This document shows positions 1 through 8,777 of a stretch of 64,000 nt of DNA, in pieces (the stretch's first letter is position 1; each line of letters begins with the position of its first letter). The position numbers and the translations under genes are program-made. The notes beneath the pieces are model-generated. The model made no database searches, had not been told where the DNA came from, and was given only the letters and a program-made list of their open reading frames with translations. The stretch lies in sequence record PV231354.1. One strand, written 5' to 3'.

Positions 1-558
1 CCCGGCGTCGATCCAGGCGTTGCAGTTGGCCGTGCGGTCGTCGATCAGGATTTGGTGGTCCGAGTGCTTGCGGTGCATGAACAACTGCTTGCGCGAGGAG
101 GTCGTGCAGATGAAGCGCTCGTCGGCGATGCGCTGGCGACGATGGACATAGCCGTCGCGCTCGTTCATCCCCACCGGAACCTTGAAGACCTCTGCAAGCA
201 GCGTCTCCTCGATCCACCGCCGCTTGGCGTAGGCCGCGCCCTGGAAGAACGGCGCCGTCAGATAGTCGTCCTCGCTCGCACCGAACTTCGGCGACGCGGT
301 CAGGATGATCGGATCGGCCTCGGCGACGGCCTTGTAGAGATCGACGGCGCCCGGCATGAACGGCAGGGTCTCGAAGAAGGTCGTGCCCTTGATGACGTCG
401 TACATGCCTTGCTTCCACAGGTTCGCCTCGTCGTCCATGGCGTGGCTCGACTGGTTGAACAGCGGATCGGGCTTGAAGCCCAGGCGGCGGATGCCTTCGT
501 CGAAATCGGCGAGCACCCCGTCCATGTCGAGGTAGATGGCGTAGTTCTTCAGGTCCAT
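1..558 (-). CDS. HAD-family 5'(3')-deoxyribonucleotidase (NT5C-like), runs off the window
   Basis: Manual translation MDLKNYAIYLDMDGVLADF (DxD motif I) ... ILTASP ... ILIDDR. Confidence 0.85.
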   Translation of the reverse strand, partial: MDLKNYAIYLDMDGVLADFDEGIRRLGFKPDPLFNQSSHAMDDEANLWKQGMYDVIKGTTFFETLPFMPGAVDLYKAVAEADPIILTASPKFGASEDDYLTAPFFQGAAYAKRRWIEETLLAEVFKVPVGMNERDGYVHRRQRIADERFICTTSSRKQLFMHRKHSDHQILIDDRTANCNAWIDAG

Positions 559-560
559 GA

Positions 561-926
561 TCAGTTGCACTCCCGCAGTTCGCCCAGGCCGCCGACCTGG
601 ACGTCGCACTCGGCCAGGGCCTGCTCGCGCCGCTCGCACATGCCGATCAGGTCTTCGATGCAGTCGACCAGCATGCCCACCCCGTCATAGAGGTCGATCT
701 CCTGGTCCTCGGTCAAGGTCCCGCCCACCTCGGCGATGTTGCCGATGGCGCGGAACTTGGCCAGCTTGCCGCCCGGCTCCAGCAGCGCCTTGAACGCGGC
801 GAGGTTGGGGCTGGGCACCTGGGCGCCGGCCGTGACGAAGCCCGACAGCCGCGAGGCCACCCGCGCCATAGCCTCGTCGCGCAGGTCCCCGACCGGGCCT
901 TTGAGGGTCATGTTGACGACTTCCAT
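561..926 (-). CDS. hypothetical protein
   Basis: ORF tightly packed in the leftward operon. Confidence 0.75.
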   Translation of the reverse strand: MEVVNMTLKGPVGDLRDEAMARVASRLSGFVTAGAQVPSPNLAAFKALLEPGGKLAKFRAIGNIAEVGGTLTEDQEIDLYDGVGMLVDCIEDLIGMCERREQALAECDVQVGGLGELRECN

Positions 927-928
927 GT

Positions 929-1126
929 CTACTCCGGAAATTGGGCGTGCAGGCTCATGGCGATGCGCGCCAGTTCATAGGCGGTCTTGGTTTCCAACTC
1001 GGCGGTCGGCGTGCGCGCGATCTTGAGTTGGTCGCTCATCATGTGGATGGCGTGGATGATGTCGCTCTTGCGCCGCTTCTCGTAGTAGCGGTGCGAGACG
1101 GTGGCGCGGACCTCGACAATCGCCAC
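929..1126 (-). CDS. hypothetical protein
   Basis: ORF in operon. Confidence 0.65.
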   Translation of the reverse strand: MAIVEVRATVSHRYYEKRRKSDIIHAIHMMSDQLKIARTPTAELETKTAYELARIAMSLHAQFPE

Positions 1127-1513
1127 CTAGTCCCCCAGGCCCTGCATGGCGTTGTCGCGGCTGTCCTCGGCGTCGGGCCGCACCGCCAGTTCCGCCAAGA
1201 GGTCGACGTCGAGGTGGCGGTTGTAGATCGCCGCGCCCCGGTACTTGAAGAGTTCGCTGGCCTCATGCAGCAGCGCCCGCTCCACCGCCGCCCAGGCCGT
1301 CTGCACGATCTCGGTGTCGGTGGCGTAGTAGGAGAGCTTCCACTTGCGACCCTTCCAGGCCTCGGGCTCGCCCGTGACGGTGTTGACGCCGTCCTTGCAC
1401 GAGACCTGGAGCCAGACTTCCGCATGGCTCGTGTTCAGCAGGAACTCAAAGCCCGGATAGCTGATCTTGTCGACGACGTCGCGGATCGACTGCGGGGTGC
1501 GCATGTTCGCCAT
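1127..1513 (-). CDS. hypothetical protein
   Basis: ORF in operon. Confidence 0.75.
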   Translation of the reverse strand: MANMRTPQSIRDVVDKISYPGFEFLLNTSHAEVWLQVSCKDGVNTVTGEPEAWKGRKWKLSYYATDTEIVQTAWAAVERALLHEASELFKYRGAAIYNRHLDVDLLAELAVRPDAEDSRDNAMQGLGD

Positions 1514-1977
1514 CAGGGCCTCGACTTGATCAGTCGGCGCGGCTTGCGCCGGGGCGACTTGAAGGACATCAGCGGATAGCCACTACCCGCGTACACGGGT
1601 TCCGGCGGCGGGTCGGGCAGGTCTTTTGGGCGCTCCAGCGTGAAGCCGTCCAGGTCGAGGTCGTAGATCGACAGGCGCTCGCTGTAGCCGTAGCGGTTGT
1701 TGGCGAAGGTGATCCCGACATCGCCCATCGACGAGACCATGATCACCCGACAGGCCTTGCCGCCCTTGCGGCCGTAGAGGGCCGGCATGAAGCCCGCCTC
1801 CTCGATCGCCAGGGTCTCGGTGGCGTTGCCGGCGTTGAGCGCCAGGAAGCCCCGGACGATGGCCGGCAGCTTGTAGTCGCAGATCGCCCGGCCGTTGCTG
1901 ACCTCGTAGGGCATGCCGATCTTGCCTTCGATCACCGCGCCCAGGATTTCGGCGTCCGACATCGTCTCAGCGGTCAT
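1513..1977 (-). CDS. hypothetical protein
   Basis: Start reassigned to ATG at 1977, overlapping the upstream gene end. Confidence 0.7.
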   Translation of the reverse strand: MTAETMSDAEILGAVIEGKIGMPYEVSNGRAICDYKLPAIVRGFLALNAGNATETLAIEEAGFMPALYGRKGGKACRVIMVSSMGDVGITFANNRYGYSERLSIYDLDLDGFTLERPKDLPDPPPEPVYAGSGYPLMSFKSPRRKPRRLIKSRP

Positions 1978-2224
1978 AGGTGATCCTGTAGGGCAGGCCG
2001 CCGACGCAAATCTTGCCCCGGAGCCCGCTGGCGGTGGTGAAGGAAAAGCCCTGGCGGCCTTTGGTCCCGGCGCAGCCGAACCAGCGGCGATGGAAGCTGA
2101 CGATCTGAGAGCCGGTGTCGCGCTCGACAAGCCGCCGGGCGTGGTTGCCTTCCCAGCCGAGCGCCATCATCCCGATCGTCAGGAAGAAAACGCCCAGCGC
2201 GAACGTAGCCCAGACGGACCTCAC
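1967..2224 (-). CDS. small membrane protein
   Basis: N-terminal hydrophobic helix. Confidence 0.7.
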   Translation of the reverse strand: MRSVWATFALGVFFLTIGMMALGWEGNHARRLVERDTGSQIVSFHRRWFGCAGTKGRQGFSFTTASGLRGKICVGGLPYRITYDR

Positions 2225-2601
2225 GCGGCGACGAACCCGGCGATCACGTCGGCGACGACGCGGCGCTTCTCGACCGGCATGCTGGCCAGGGCCAGGATCG
2301 TGCCGGCGCCGATCTGGGCGACGGCGCTTTCCAGGTCGGCGCGACCGTCGGTCATGAAGGTCGGATCATCGACCGGCGGATAGAAGCTCTCGATCGGCTG
2401 CTTGAGGAAGCGGGCCGCGTCGTAGAGCTTGGAGGACGAGATGCGGTTGTCGCCGCGCTCGTACTTCTGGACCTGCTGGAACGTGATGCCCAGGGCGTTG
2501 GCCAGATCGCCTTGCGAATAGCCGGCGGCCTTGCGGGTGTTGCGCAGCTTCTGACCGACGTACTTGTCGACCGGGTGCGGGGTCTTGTCTTCGTCAGCCA
2601 T
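2221..2601 (-). CDS. XRE-family HTH transcriptional regulator
   Basis: VGQKLRNTRKAAGYSQGDLANALGITFQQVQKYERGDNRIS; start MADEDK at 2601. Confidence 0.9.
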   Translation of the reverse strand: MADEDKTPHPVDKYVGQKLRNTRKAAGYSQGDLANALGITFQQVQKYERGDNRISSSKLYDAARFLKQPIESFYPPVDDPTFMTDGRADLESAVAQIGAGTILALASMPVEKRRVVADVIAGFVAA

Positions 2602-3577
2602 TGGCGGCTTCCTCCTTCTTTTGCTGGCGGGCCTTGCGGCGGTGCGTGTAGGCCGCGCGCAGGGCCTGGGTGGTGTCGTCGTGCGCGCCCAGGTCAATCC
2701 CATCGGGCGCGACGACGCTGTTCTTCAGGCCGAACCGGTAGCCCTCGGCCTCCAGTTCGTAGAGCGCCTGCTCTTCGTGCATCTGGGCGAGGTGGCGGTA
2801 GTATTCCGCCAGGGCCAGTTCGTAGTCGCCCAGGAAGAGCCGCGCATTGCGCTCGGTCCCGGCGACCTCGGCGCGGAAGGTGAGCAGGAACCGACCAGGA
2901 CCGACATGCGTCAGCTTGTAGCCGGTCTCGGCCAGGACCTCCTCGACGGTCTTGACGACCTCGTAGATGTGGAAGGTCCACACCGACTCGATGTGGGTGT
3001 CGTGGTAGAGGTACTCGTGCTCGGGCTTCTGCTCGCCGATGTAGGGACCCCACTTGTGGTAGCGCCAGCCGCCGCGATCGGGCTGGTGCTCGCGGCGCAC
3101 CTCGACCATCGAGATGAAGTAGTTGGTGTCGGGGTCGTCGATCAAATCCGGGATCAGCGCCAGCAGTTGCTCGGGGCCGTCACAGACGCCGTAGCTGTCG
3201 ATAGGCTCGGCGATGCGCTTGTAGCCCTCGGCCACCGGCGGCAGGTCCTCGTTCTCCAGGTCGCCGACGACCTCGATCTTGTACTTGTCGTGCAGGAGCT
3301 TGATGCGCGCCTCGCGGCGCTCACCATCGGCCTTGATCCAGGCGCGGAACGCATCGGTGCGCTCCTCCTCGGTCTGGCCGGCCTTGTACTCAGGCCCCCA
3401 GCGGCCCCACTTGTCCTCGATCTTCTCGACGATCTCGTACTCGGGGTTCCAGGAGCCGAGGGCGAAGACGCCCTGGGCCAGCCGCTTGGGAAAGCCCGAG
3501 CGCTTGGTGCTCTCGGCGATCATGCGGGCGATGGGATCGACGGCCGAGGCCGGGCGCGGGGTGATGTCGTAGAGCAT
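2594..3577 (-). CDS. hypothetical protein
   Basis: 327-aa ORF with typical codon bias. Confidence 0.8.
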   Translation of the reverse strand: MLYDITPRPASAVDPIARMIAESTKRSGFPKRLAQGVFALGSWNPEYEIVEKIEDKWGRWGPEYKAGQTEEERTDAFRAWIKADGERREARIKLLHDKYKIEVVGDLENEDLPPVAEGYKRIAEPIDSYGVCDGPEQLLALIPDLIDDPDTNYFISMVEVRREHQPDRGGWRYHKWGPYIGEQKPEHEYLYHDTHIESVWTFHIYEVVKTVEEVLAETGYKLTHVGPGRFLLTFRAEVAGTERNARLFLGDYELALAEYYRHLAQMHEEQALYELEAEGYRFGLKNSVVAPDGIDLGAHDDTTQALRAAYTHRRKARQQKKEEAANG

Positions 3578-3876
3578 CAGGCGGTGCCCTGGGCGATTTC
3601 GTAGACGATCTTGGAGATGCCGCCCAGGTCCACGGTGAAGCGGTCCTCCGAGCCGTCGAAGATGTACTTCCCGACGCAGCCGATCGGCAGCATCTTGCCG
3701 TTGTCCAGGTAGATGGCGTGCGGGGTGGCCTCGACCACGCCCCGGATCGCGCCCTGCTCCTCGGTTGGCGCCATGTCGACGAAGGTATCCTTCGCGCCCT
3801 TGATGCGGACCACCGCCACGCGCAGACGCGCGCCGGGCTGGTTGAGCTTGGTGATCAGGTCTTGAACGGTCTGCAC
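3577..3876 (-). CDS. hypothetical protein
   Basis: First gene after the promoter at 3934; GAGGAG SD. Confidence 0.75.
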   Translation of the reverse strand: MQTVQDLITKLNQPGARLRVAVVRIKGAKDTFVDMAPTEEQGAIRGVVEATPHAIYLDNGKMLPIGCVGKYIFDGSEDRFTVDLGGISKIVYEIAQGTA

Positions 3877-3879
3877 GGG

Positions 3880-3934
3880 AACTCCTCTATGTCGTCGTCT
3901 CGACCCTTCTAGGTGGAGGTTCCCGTTCTGTCAA
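3880..3934 (-). promoter_or_regulatory. sigma70-type promoter with CGACGACA leader
   Basis: TTGACA(3934-3929)-N17-TAGAAG, then CGACGACATAGAGGAG. Confidence 0.8.
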
Positions 3935-3952
3935 CACACAACCGCCAACGAG

Positions 3953-3987
3953 GCAAAAAGAAACCGCCGACCCGAAGGCCGGCGGTT
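3953..3987 (-). terminator. intrinsic terminator
   Basis: AACCGCCG/CGGCGGTT GC stem around a TTCG loop, followed by TCTTTTT on the minus strand. Confidence 0.8.
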
Positions 3988-4007
3988 GGGAGGTGTGGGC
4001 TCGGGAA

Positions 4008-5867
4008 CTAGACGTCGAGGATGAAGAAGCGCTCGCTGGACGGGCCGTCGACCTCGACGATGAAGCCCGCCTCCAGCAGCGCCTCGATCGCCTTGCCGGT
4101 GTGGTAGAGCGACAGGTCGGACGCTTCGCTGATCCGGGCCAGCGAGAAGCCGACGTTCTGACCAACCTTGAGGTCTTGCAGCGACAGTTCGTTCAGGGTG
4201 GTGATCACCGCCCCGGCCGGGGCCAGTTCATACGCGCCTTCGAAGTCGCGATCCTCCGACAGACGCACGAGGCCTTCCTGCTCGATATTGTCGAGCAGCG
4301 AGGCCAGGAACTCGGGATCGACGAAGCCGACGTGGCTGCGGATTTCGCTCAGGTAGGCCGGGCCGTCGACGTCGACGGCGTTGAGGACCGCCAGCAGGGC
4401 GATGCCCGGCATGACCGCCACGACTTGCTCGGCCTTCTCCTCCTCGGAGATGTCGATCGGCACGCCCCCGCCGTTCGACAGAGGCACGATGGCTTCGTCC
4501 GGATGCAGGAGGATGAAGTCCTTGATCGCCCGCAGCGCCGCCAGGAAATGGTCCTTGGGGATTTCGTCGAGCTTGAAGGTGATGCGATCGTCGATGCCCA
4601 TGGGATAGAGCGCCCGCAGATTGGCGACGATGTCCTCGGGCCACGCGGCGAGCACCGTGTCCCAGAGAACCTTGGGCATCTGGAAGGCCCCGAAAGACAG
4701 GAACTGGTCGGGGGTGGCGGCTTCGACCGCAGCGATGGACTCGTCGATGCTGGCGGGCGTGTAGCCGCCCACGACGCCGTTTTGCGTCGCGTGGAGCACC
4801 TCGGCGGCTTCCTCGGCGCTCAGCCCCGTGATGACCTTTTCCACGCCCTCCTCGGGCTCCTGGAGCGGCTCCAGGGTCTTGAGGCGATCGCTCAGGCCCT
4901 GGATCGACTCGTAGGCGTCGGTCGTGTCGACGGCGAGCTTCAGGGTCAGGCGCTCGGGGCGGGCGCTGAACTCCTCGCCCGTGATGGTGTAGACGCCCTC
5001 GCGCTCCAGGATTTCCAGGTTCAGGAAGCGCCCCGTGTCGTTGAGGGCGCGGAAGCGCGCGTAGAGCATGTCCTGCTCAGTCAGATCGGTGAAGATGCCC
5101 TTGTCGAGCGCGAACAGCAGTTCGCTGCTGGAGAGGGTCTGCTCGCCCATGCCGGAGACCTCCTCGGGCTGGTCCTTCGTGAACCTCAGGCCCGGCCCGG
5201 TGGTCTCGGTTTCTTGAGGGATGATGGGGTCTTCGATCACGGGGGCTTTCTCCTTGAAAACGATGGAGGTCAGTTCGCTCAGCGAGACCGACCAGTTGGT
5301 GTCGACCTGGGCGGCGTAGCGGCCCGACATGGGGTTCCAGGCGACCTTGCCGATCTCGCCGCTGACCATCTTGTCCTCCCAGGCCGAGCGGAACATCACG
5401 TCGGCGCCGCCGAAGTAGTCCGTCAGGTGGCCCGCGAAGGTCTCGATGTCCTCGCGGGACGCCGGGCGCACCTCGCGCAGCGGGTAGGAATGGTGGACGC
5501 CGGGGCGCGCGTCTTCGATCTCGACGAAGATCGGCCCGTGGTCGGTGTGGAAGCGCTCGGTGTAGCCGATCATCTCGCCTTGCGGGGTCATGACCATCAC
5601 CGGCAGGGCCGAGAACTTGTGGTTCAGGCGGTCCACGTAGTCGCTGGGATAGGCGGTGGTGGTGTAGATGAGGTTGTCGCCCCGGCGCACGCCGCTGTAG
5701 TCGACGACGCAGAGCGGCGTGGCCACCGCACCGCTCGGGAAGCGCGGCCGATCAACGAACACTTGCCCGTCCGCCACCGGCGGGGAGACGCCGTGAACGT
5801 AGGGGACCACCTCGCTGTAGGTGGCGATCCAGGCGGGCTTGACCCGGTCAAGGAAGGTTTCGGTCAA
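4008..5867 (-). CDS. large acidic hypothetical protein, possible C-terminal winged helices
   Basis: 619 aa; LARISEASDLSLYHTGKAIEALLEAGFI is HTH-like. Confidence 0.75.
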   Translation of the reverse strand: MTETFLDRVKPAWIATYSEVVPYVHGVSPPVADGQVFVDRPRFPSGAVATPLCVVDYSGVRRGDNLIYTTTAYPSDYVDRLNHKFSALPVMVMTPQGEMIGYTERFHTDHGPIFVEIEDARPGVHHSYPLREVRPASREDIETFAGHLTDYFGGADVMFRSAWEDKMVSGEIGKVAWNPMSGRYAAQVDTNWSVSLSELTSIVFKEKAPVIEDPIIPQETETTGPGLRFTKDQPEEVSGMGEQTLSSSELLFALDKGIFTDLTEQDMLYARFRALNDTGRFLNLEILEREGVYTITGEEFSARPERLTLKLAVDTTDAYESIQGLSDRLKTLEPLQEPEEGVEKVITGLSAEEAAEVLHATQNGVVGGYTPASIDESIAAVEAATPDQFLSFGAFQMPKVLWDTVLAAWPEDIVANLRALYPMGIDDRITFKLDEIPKDHFLAALRAIKDFILLHPDEAIVPLSNGGGVPIDISEEEKAEQVVAVMPGIALLAVLNAVDVDGPAYLSEIRSHVGFVDPEFLASLLDNIEQEGLVRLSEDRDFEGAYELAPAGAVITTLNELSLQDLKVGQNVGFSLARISEASDLSLYHTGKAIEALLEAGFIVEVDGPSSERFFILDV

Positions 5868-5876
5868 GGCGGTCCC

Positions 5877-6341
5877 CTATTCGTTTGGAATGACGGACGC
5901 CGGGGCGTCCAGGTCGAAATTCTCGCCCTCATCGGTGAGGGCGAAGGTGGCGTAGCCGTCAGGGCTCTTGACCATGGTCAGCAGCTTGATCAGGCCGTGC
6001 TTCTCCAGCGCCTGGGCGGCGGGATAGTCGGCGTGCTTGTAGAAGACGTTGAGTTGCCCGCCTCGGCCCAGGATGCGCACGCTGCGCAGCAGCATGGCCT
6101 CCTGTTCGCTCAGCCCCAGCGCGCCCTTGATCCGCACGCGGGCGAGATGGACGTCGATCACGTGCGTCTGGCCCTGGTGCTCGAACTCGATGATCGCCAG
6201 CGGGCCGAACGATCCGTTGGTCACCGCCAGGACGACGCCCTCGAACTCGGTCGTTTTCCGCGCCGTGATGGGCACATAGTAGTCGAAGAAGACCGTCTTG
6301 CCCTTCATCACGTGGTGGGCCTGGGGCGCGACCGTGCTCAT
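5877..6341 (-). CDS. hypothetical protein with C-terminal wHTH-like motif
   Basis: ALEKHGLIKL...FALTDEG. Confidence 0.7.
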   Translation of the reverse strand: MSTVAPQAHHVMKGKTVFFDYYVPITARKTTEFEGVVLAVTNGSFGPLAIIEFEHQGQTHVIDVHLARVRIKGALGLSEQEAMLLRSVRILGRGGQLNVFYKHADYPAAQALEKHGLIKLLTMVKSPDGYATFALTDEGENFDLDAPASVIPNE

Positions 6342-6589
6342 GCCGTGGGGTCCTTCTTGCGGGCGGTGTAGTGGAACTCGTCGTGCATGCGCCCGTCCAG
6401 GGTGACCTCGTAGCCGGGACCCAGTTCAGCCAGGATGCGCGCCTCGATCTCGGAGAAGTCGATGTTGGCCATTGCGCGCTCGGCCGCCGCCGCCTGCTCC
6501 AGGAAGCTGCTCCTGATCTTGGCGCCGGCCTCGGTGCGGATCGGGATGTTCTGGATGGGCGGCTCGGACTTGGACAGACGCTCGCTCAT
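6338..6589 (-). CDS. 83-aa family-A DNA polymerase palm-like mini-protein
   Basis: RLSKSEPPIQNIPIRTEAGAKIRSSF, DFSEIEARILA and MHDEF resemble PolA motifs; start overlaps the gcrA stop. Confidence 0.75.
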   Translation of the reverse strand: MSERLSKSEPPIQNIPIRTEAGAKIRSSFLEQAAAAERAMANIDFSEIEARILAELGPGYEVTLDGRMHDEFHYTARKKDPTA

Positions 6590-7137
6590 CAGGCCCTCTT
6601 GATCTTGCCGACGTGCGAGGGGCGCGTGGCGGCCTTGTAGACGAACGGGCGATAGGCCACGCGGTGGTGCTCGATGCAGTAGACGCCCTGCTCGGTGCGG
6701 CACCCGCAATGGCCGAAGTTCTGGTCGGTCGGATCGCCGTAGGGCCAGCGGCACATGCCGCGCGTCAGCTTCAGCGTCGGGACCACGGTCTCGGGGCGCA
6801 CCGGGATCGGCGCCTGACCCTCGGGGACCAGTTCGATCTTCGGCTTCGACGGCTTCTCGGCCTTGGGCTTGGTGACCTTCTTGGGCTTGGCGACCTTGAC
6901 CTTCTTGATCTGGATGCCGTAGCCGCGCGTCTTCTTGCGGCGCTCCTGGAGCGGCAGGACCTTCTCGCCCAGTTCGCCCTTCTGGCGCAGGCGATCGCCC
7001 ATGCCGCAGACGGCGCTCTTGCTGCGCGGCTCGCTCAGCATTTCCCCGATCTGCTTGGTCCCGACAGGCTCTGCCCAGAGCTTCTTCAGCAGGGCGATGT
7101 CCTCGGCCAGCCAATCCGACTTACGCTTCTTCACCAC
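6589..7137 (-). CDS. gcrA: GcrA cell-cycle regulator homologue
   Basis: N-terminal W..EDIALLKKLW...QIGEML...SKSAVCG...RL; C-terminal L...MCRWPYGDP...FGHCG...YCIEH. Confidence 0.9.
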   Translation of the reverse strand: MVKKRKSDWLAEDIALLKKLWAEPVGTKQIGEMLSEPRSKSAVCGMGDRLRQKGELGEKVLPLQERRKKTRGYGIQIKKVKVAKPKKVTKPKAEKPSKPKIELVPEGQAPIPVRPETVVPTLKLTRGMCRWPYGDPTDQNFGHCGCRTEQGVYCIEHHRVAYRPFVYKAATRPSHVGKIKRA

Positions 7138-7145
7138 CTTGTACG

Positions 7146-7331
7146 CTACTCCTGTTCTGCTTTGGCGGGACGCCGGCTTCTGGACTGACGCGGGACGAAC
7201 ACCAGGGCGACGGTCGAGCCGCCGGTGTACTTGGTGCGGCGGCTATAGAGCCAACCGCCCTCGATTTCCAGGCGCTCGGTCACCTGACCATCGCCCTCGT
7301 CGATCTTTTCCCATTTCGTCTTCTTGGCCAT
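7146..7331 (-). CDS. small hypothetical protein (GGWLY...FVP type)
   Basis: GAGGAG SD; resembles 14253..14549. Confidence 0.75.
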   Translation of the reverse strand: MAKKTKWEKIDEGDGQVTERLEIEGGWLYSRRTKYTGGSTVALVFVPRQSRSRRPAKAEQE

Positions 7332-7333
7332 GA

Positions 7334-7383
7334 CGCTCCTCGATTTTCGCCGGCACCCTAGAGGAGCGCCGATGTGTTGACAA
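7334..7383 (-). promoter_or_regulatory. leftward sigma70-type promoter
   Basis: TTGTCA(7383-7378)-N17-TAGGGT(7360-7355). Confidence 0.6.
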
Positions 7384-7410
7384 GCGCCAAATGGCTCTGG
7401 CTGGCGAGTG

Positions 7411-7463
7411 TTGACAAGGCGGCGGTGGTCCCTTAGAAGGGCGGCGACGACAACGAAAGGAGG
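7411..7463 (+). promoter_or_regulatory. sigma70-type promoter + CGACGACAACG leader + SD
   Basis: TTGACA-N17-TAGAAG; motif at 7445. Confidence 0.85.
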
Positions 7464-7468
7464 CGCCG

Positions 7469-7768
7469 ATGCGCTACGTTCTGGAGTACATGGACTGCGA
7501 CGACCAGATCGTCCAGGTCGACTTCGAAGCCCCCACCCGCGCCTCGGCGATCGCCAAGGCCAAGCGCCTCTTCGTGAAGGCGGTCGAGGCCAGCGGCCGG
7601 TCGATCTTCACCGGCTACATGTTCGAGGACCACTCGATCACCATGAAGGTGAAGCTGGTCCCGTTCGGCACCCTGAGCCGCTACCTGGGCCTGGGCAAGG
7701 TCACCGCCGCTAACATCTCGTTCGACGACCGCGACGCCAAGATCGCCCGCCAGGACATGGCCGCATGA
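7469..7768 (+). CDS. hypothetical protein
   Basis: AGGAGG SD. Confidence 0.8.
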   Translation: MRYVLEYMDCDDQIVQVDFEAPTRASAIAKAKRLFVKAVEASGRSIFTGYMFEDHSITMKVKLVPFGTLSRYLGLGKVTAANISFDDRDAKIARQDMAA

Positions 7769-7977
7769 TCCGGGTCGAGGACGTTCAGCCCGGCTTCATC
7801 TATCGCGGCGGCAAGAGCGGCGCACTGCGTCAAGTGGTCAGCTACGGCGCCAACGAGAGCTTCGTCTGCTGGGCCAACCCGCACGATCGCCTGCCCTATG
7901 GCGGCTTCCTCAACACCACCTGCACCAGCCGGGCGTCCTTCGCTCGCTGGGCCGACAAGATCGAGGAAGAGGTTTGA
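7765..7977 (+). CDS. hypothetical protein
   Basis: ATGA overlap with upstream gene. Confidence 0.75.
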   Translation: MIRVEDVQPGFIYRGGKSGALRQVVSYGANESFVCWANPHDRLPYGGFLNTTCTSRASFARWADKIEEEV

Positions 7978-8261
7978 TCACCACCTTCCTGCGCTGCACC
8001 CATCGCGACGAGGCCGGCCGCCGGTACTTCGAGTTCCGCGAGCCCGACCTCGTCCAGCGCCTCTATGTCCGCAAGCCGCAGACCGAATGGGAAGAAGGCT
8101 TCCCGATCATCCTGGAGGACTTCTACAACGGCTCCTCTGGCGGCAAGACCCTGTACCGCGCCGGCAAGACCCAGGGCCTGGGGATCAGCGCGTTCTTCCG
8201 CGCCTTCCCCGAGGTCTTCACCCTGATCGTCCTGCCTCAGGAGGTGCTCGATGCCGCGTAA
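7974..8261 (+). CDS. hypothetical protein
   Basis: Overlapping start/stop. Confidence 0.7.
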   Translation: MITTFLRCTHRDEAGRRYFEFREPDLVQRLYVRKPQTEWEEGFPIILEDFYNGSSGGKTLYRAGKTQGLGISAFFRAFPEVFTLIVLPQEVLDAA

Positions 8262-8514
8262 GAAACGCCCCGACCTGCCCGTCACCGTCGCCGACCTCAA
8301 GGCGTACCTGGACAAGTTCCCGGACGACATGAAGGTCGGCATCCGCAGCGGCGGTGGTCGCTTCACCGGCTTCACCGAGGTCGAGGTGTACAACCTCACC
8401 ACCTATGGCTCGGCGAGCGATCGCCTGACCATGGAGACCTCGCGTGGGGCCACCATCTTCAAAGGCTACAAGGGTAAGATTTCCGCGCCCTTCGACGCCC
8501 TCATTTTCGACTAG
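8251..8514 (+). CDS. hypothetical protein
   Basis: GGAGG SD. Confidence 0.75.
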   Translation: MPRKKRPDLPVTVADLKAYLDKFPDDMKVGIRSGGGRFTGFTEVEVYNLTTYGSASDRLTMETSRGATIFKGYKGKISAPFDALIFD

Positions 8515-8522
8515 GAGGGACC

Positions 8523-8777
8523 ATGAGCAACCGCGTTTGGATCGAACTGGAAAAGCCCAAGACGGCCGAAGAAGGCAAGGCGCGCGCCGCGCTGCTCTGC
8601 AAGATGCTCGCCCGCCTGGGCGTCGAGTACGGCCGCTATCCCGCCGTCTTCTGGAGCGAGCGCGACGGCAACTACGCCTTCACCCTCGACGGCGCCGGCA
8701 GCTACGCCGTCTGCGAGGGCGCCGAGCCCGGCCACTGGTACAACCTGGACTCCATCATCGAGGCGTTCGAGGCGTGA
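8523..8777 (+). CDS. hypothetical protein
   Basis: GGAGG SD. Confidence 0.75.
   Translation: MSNRVWIELEKPKTAEEGKARAALLCKMLARLGVEYGRYPAVFWSERDGNYAFTLDGAGSYAVCEGAEPGHWYNLDSIIEAFEA

Noticed and set aside
7377-7382. Extra plus-strand TTGACA promoter
   Set aside because: No -10 at 17-18 nt; better explained as the minus-strand TTGTCA -35.
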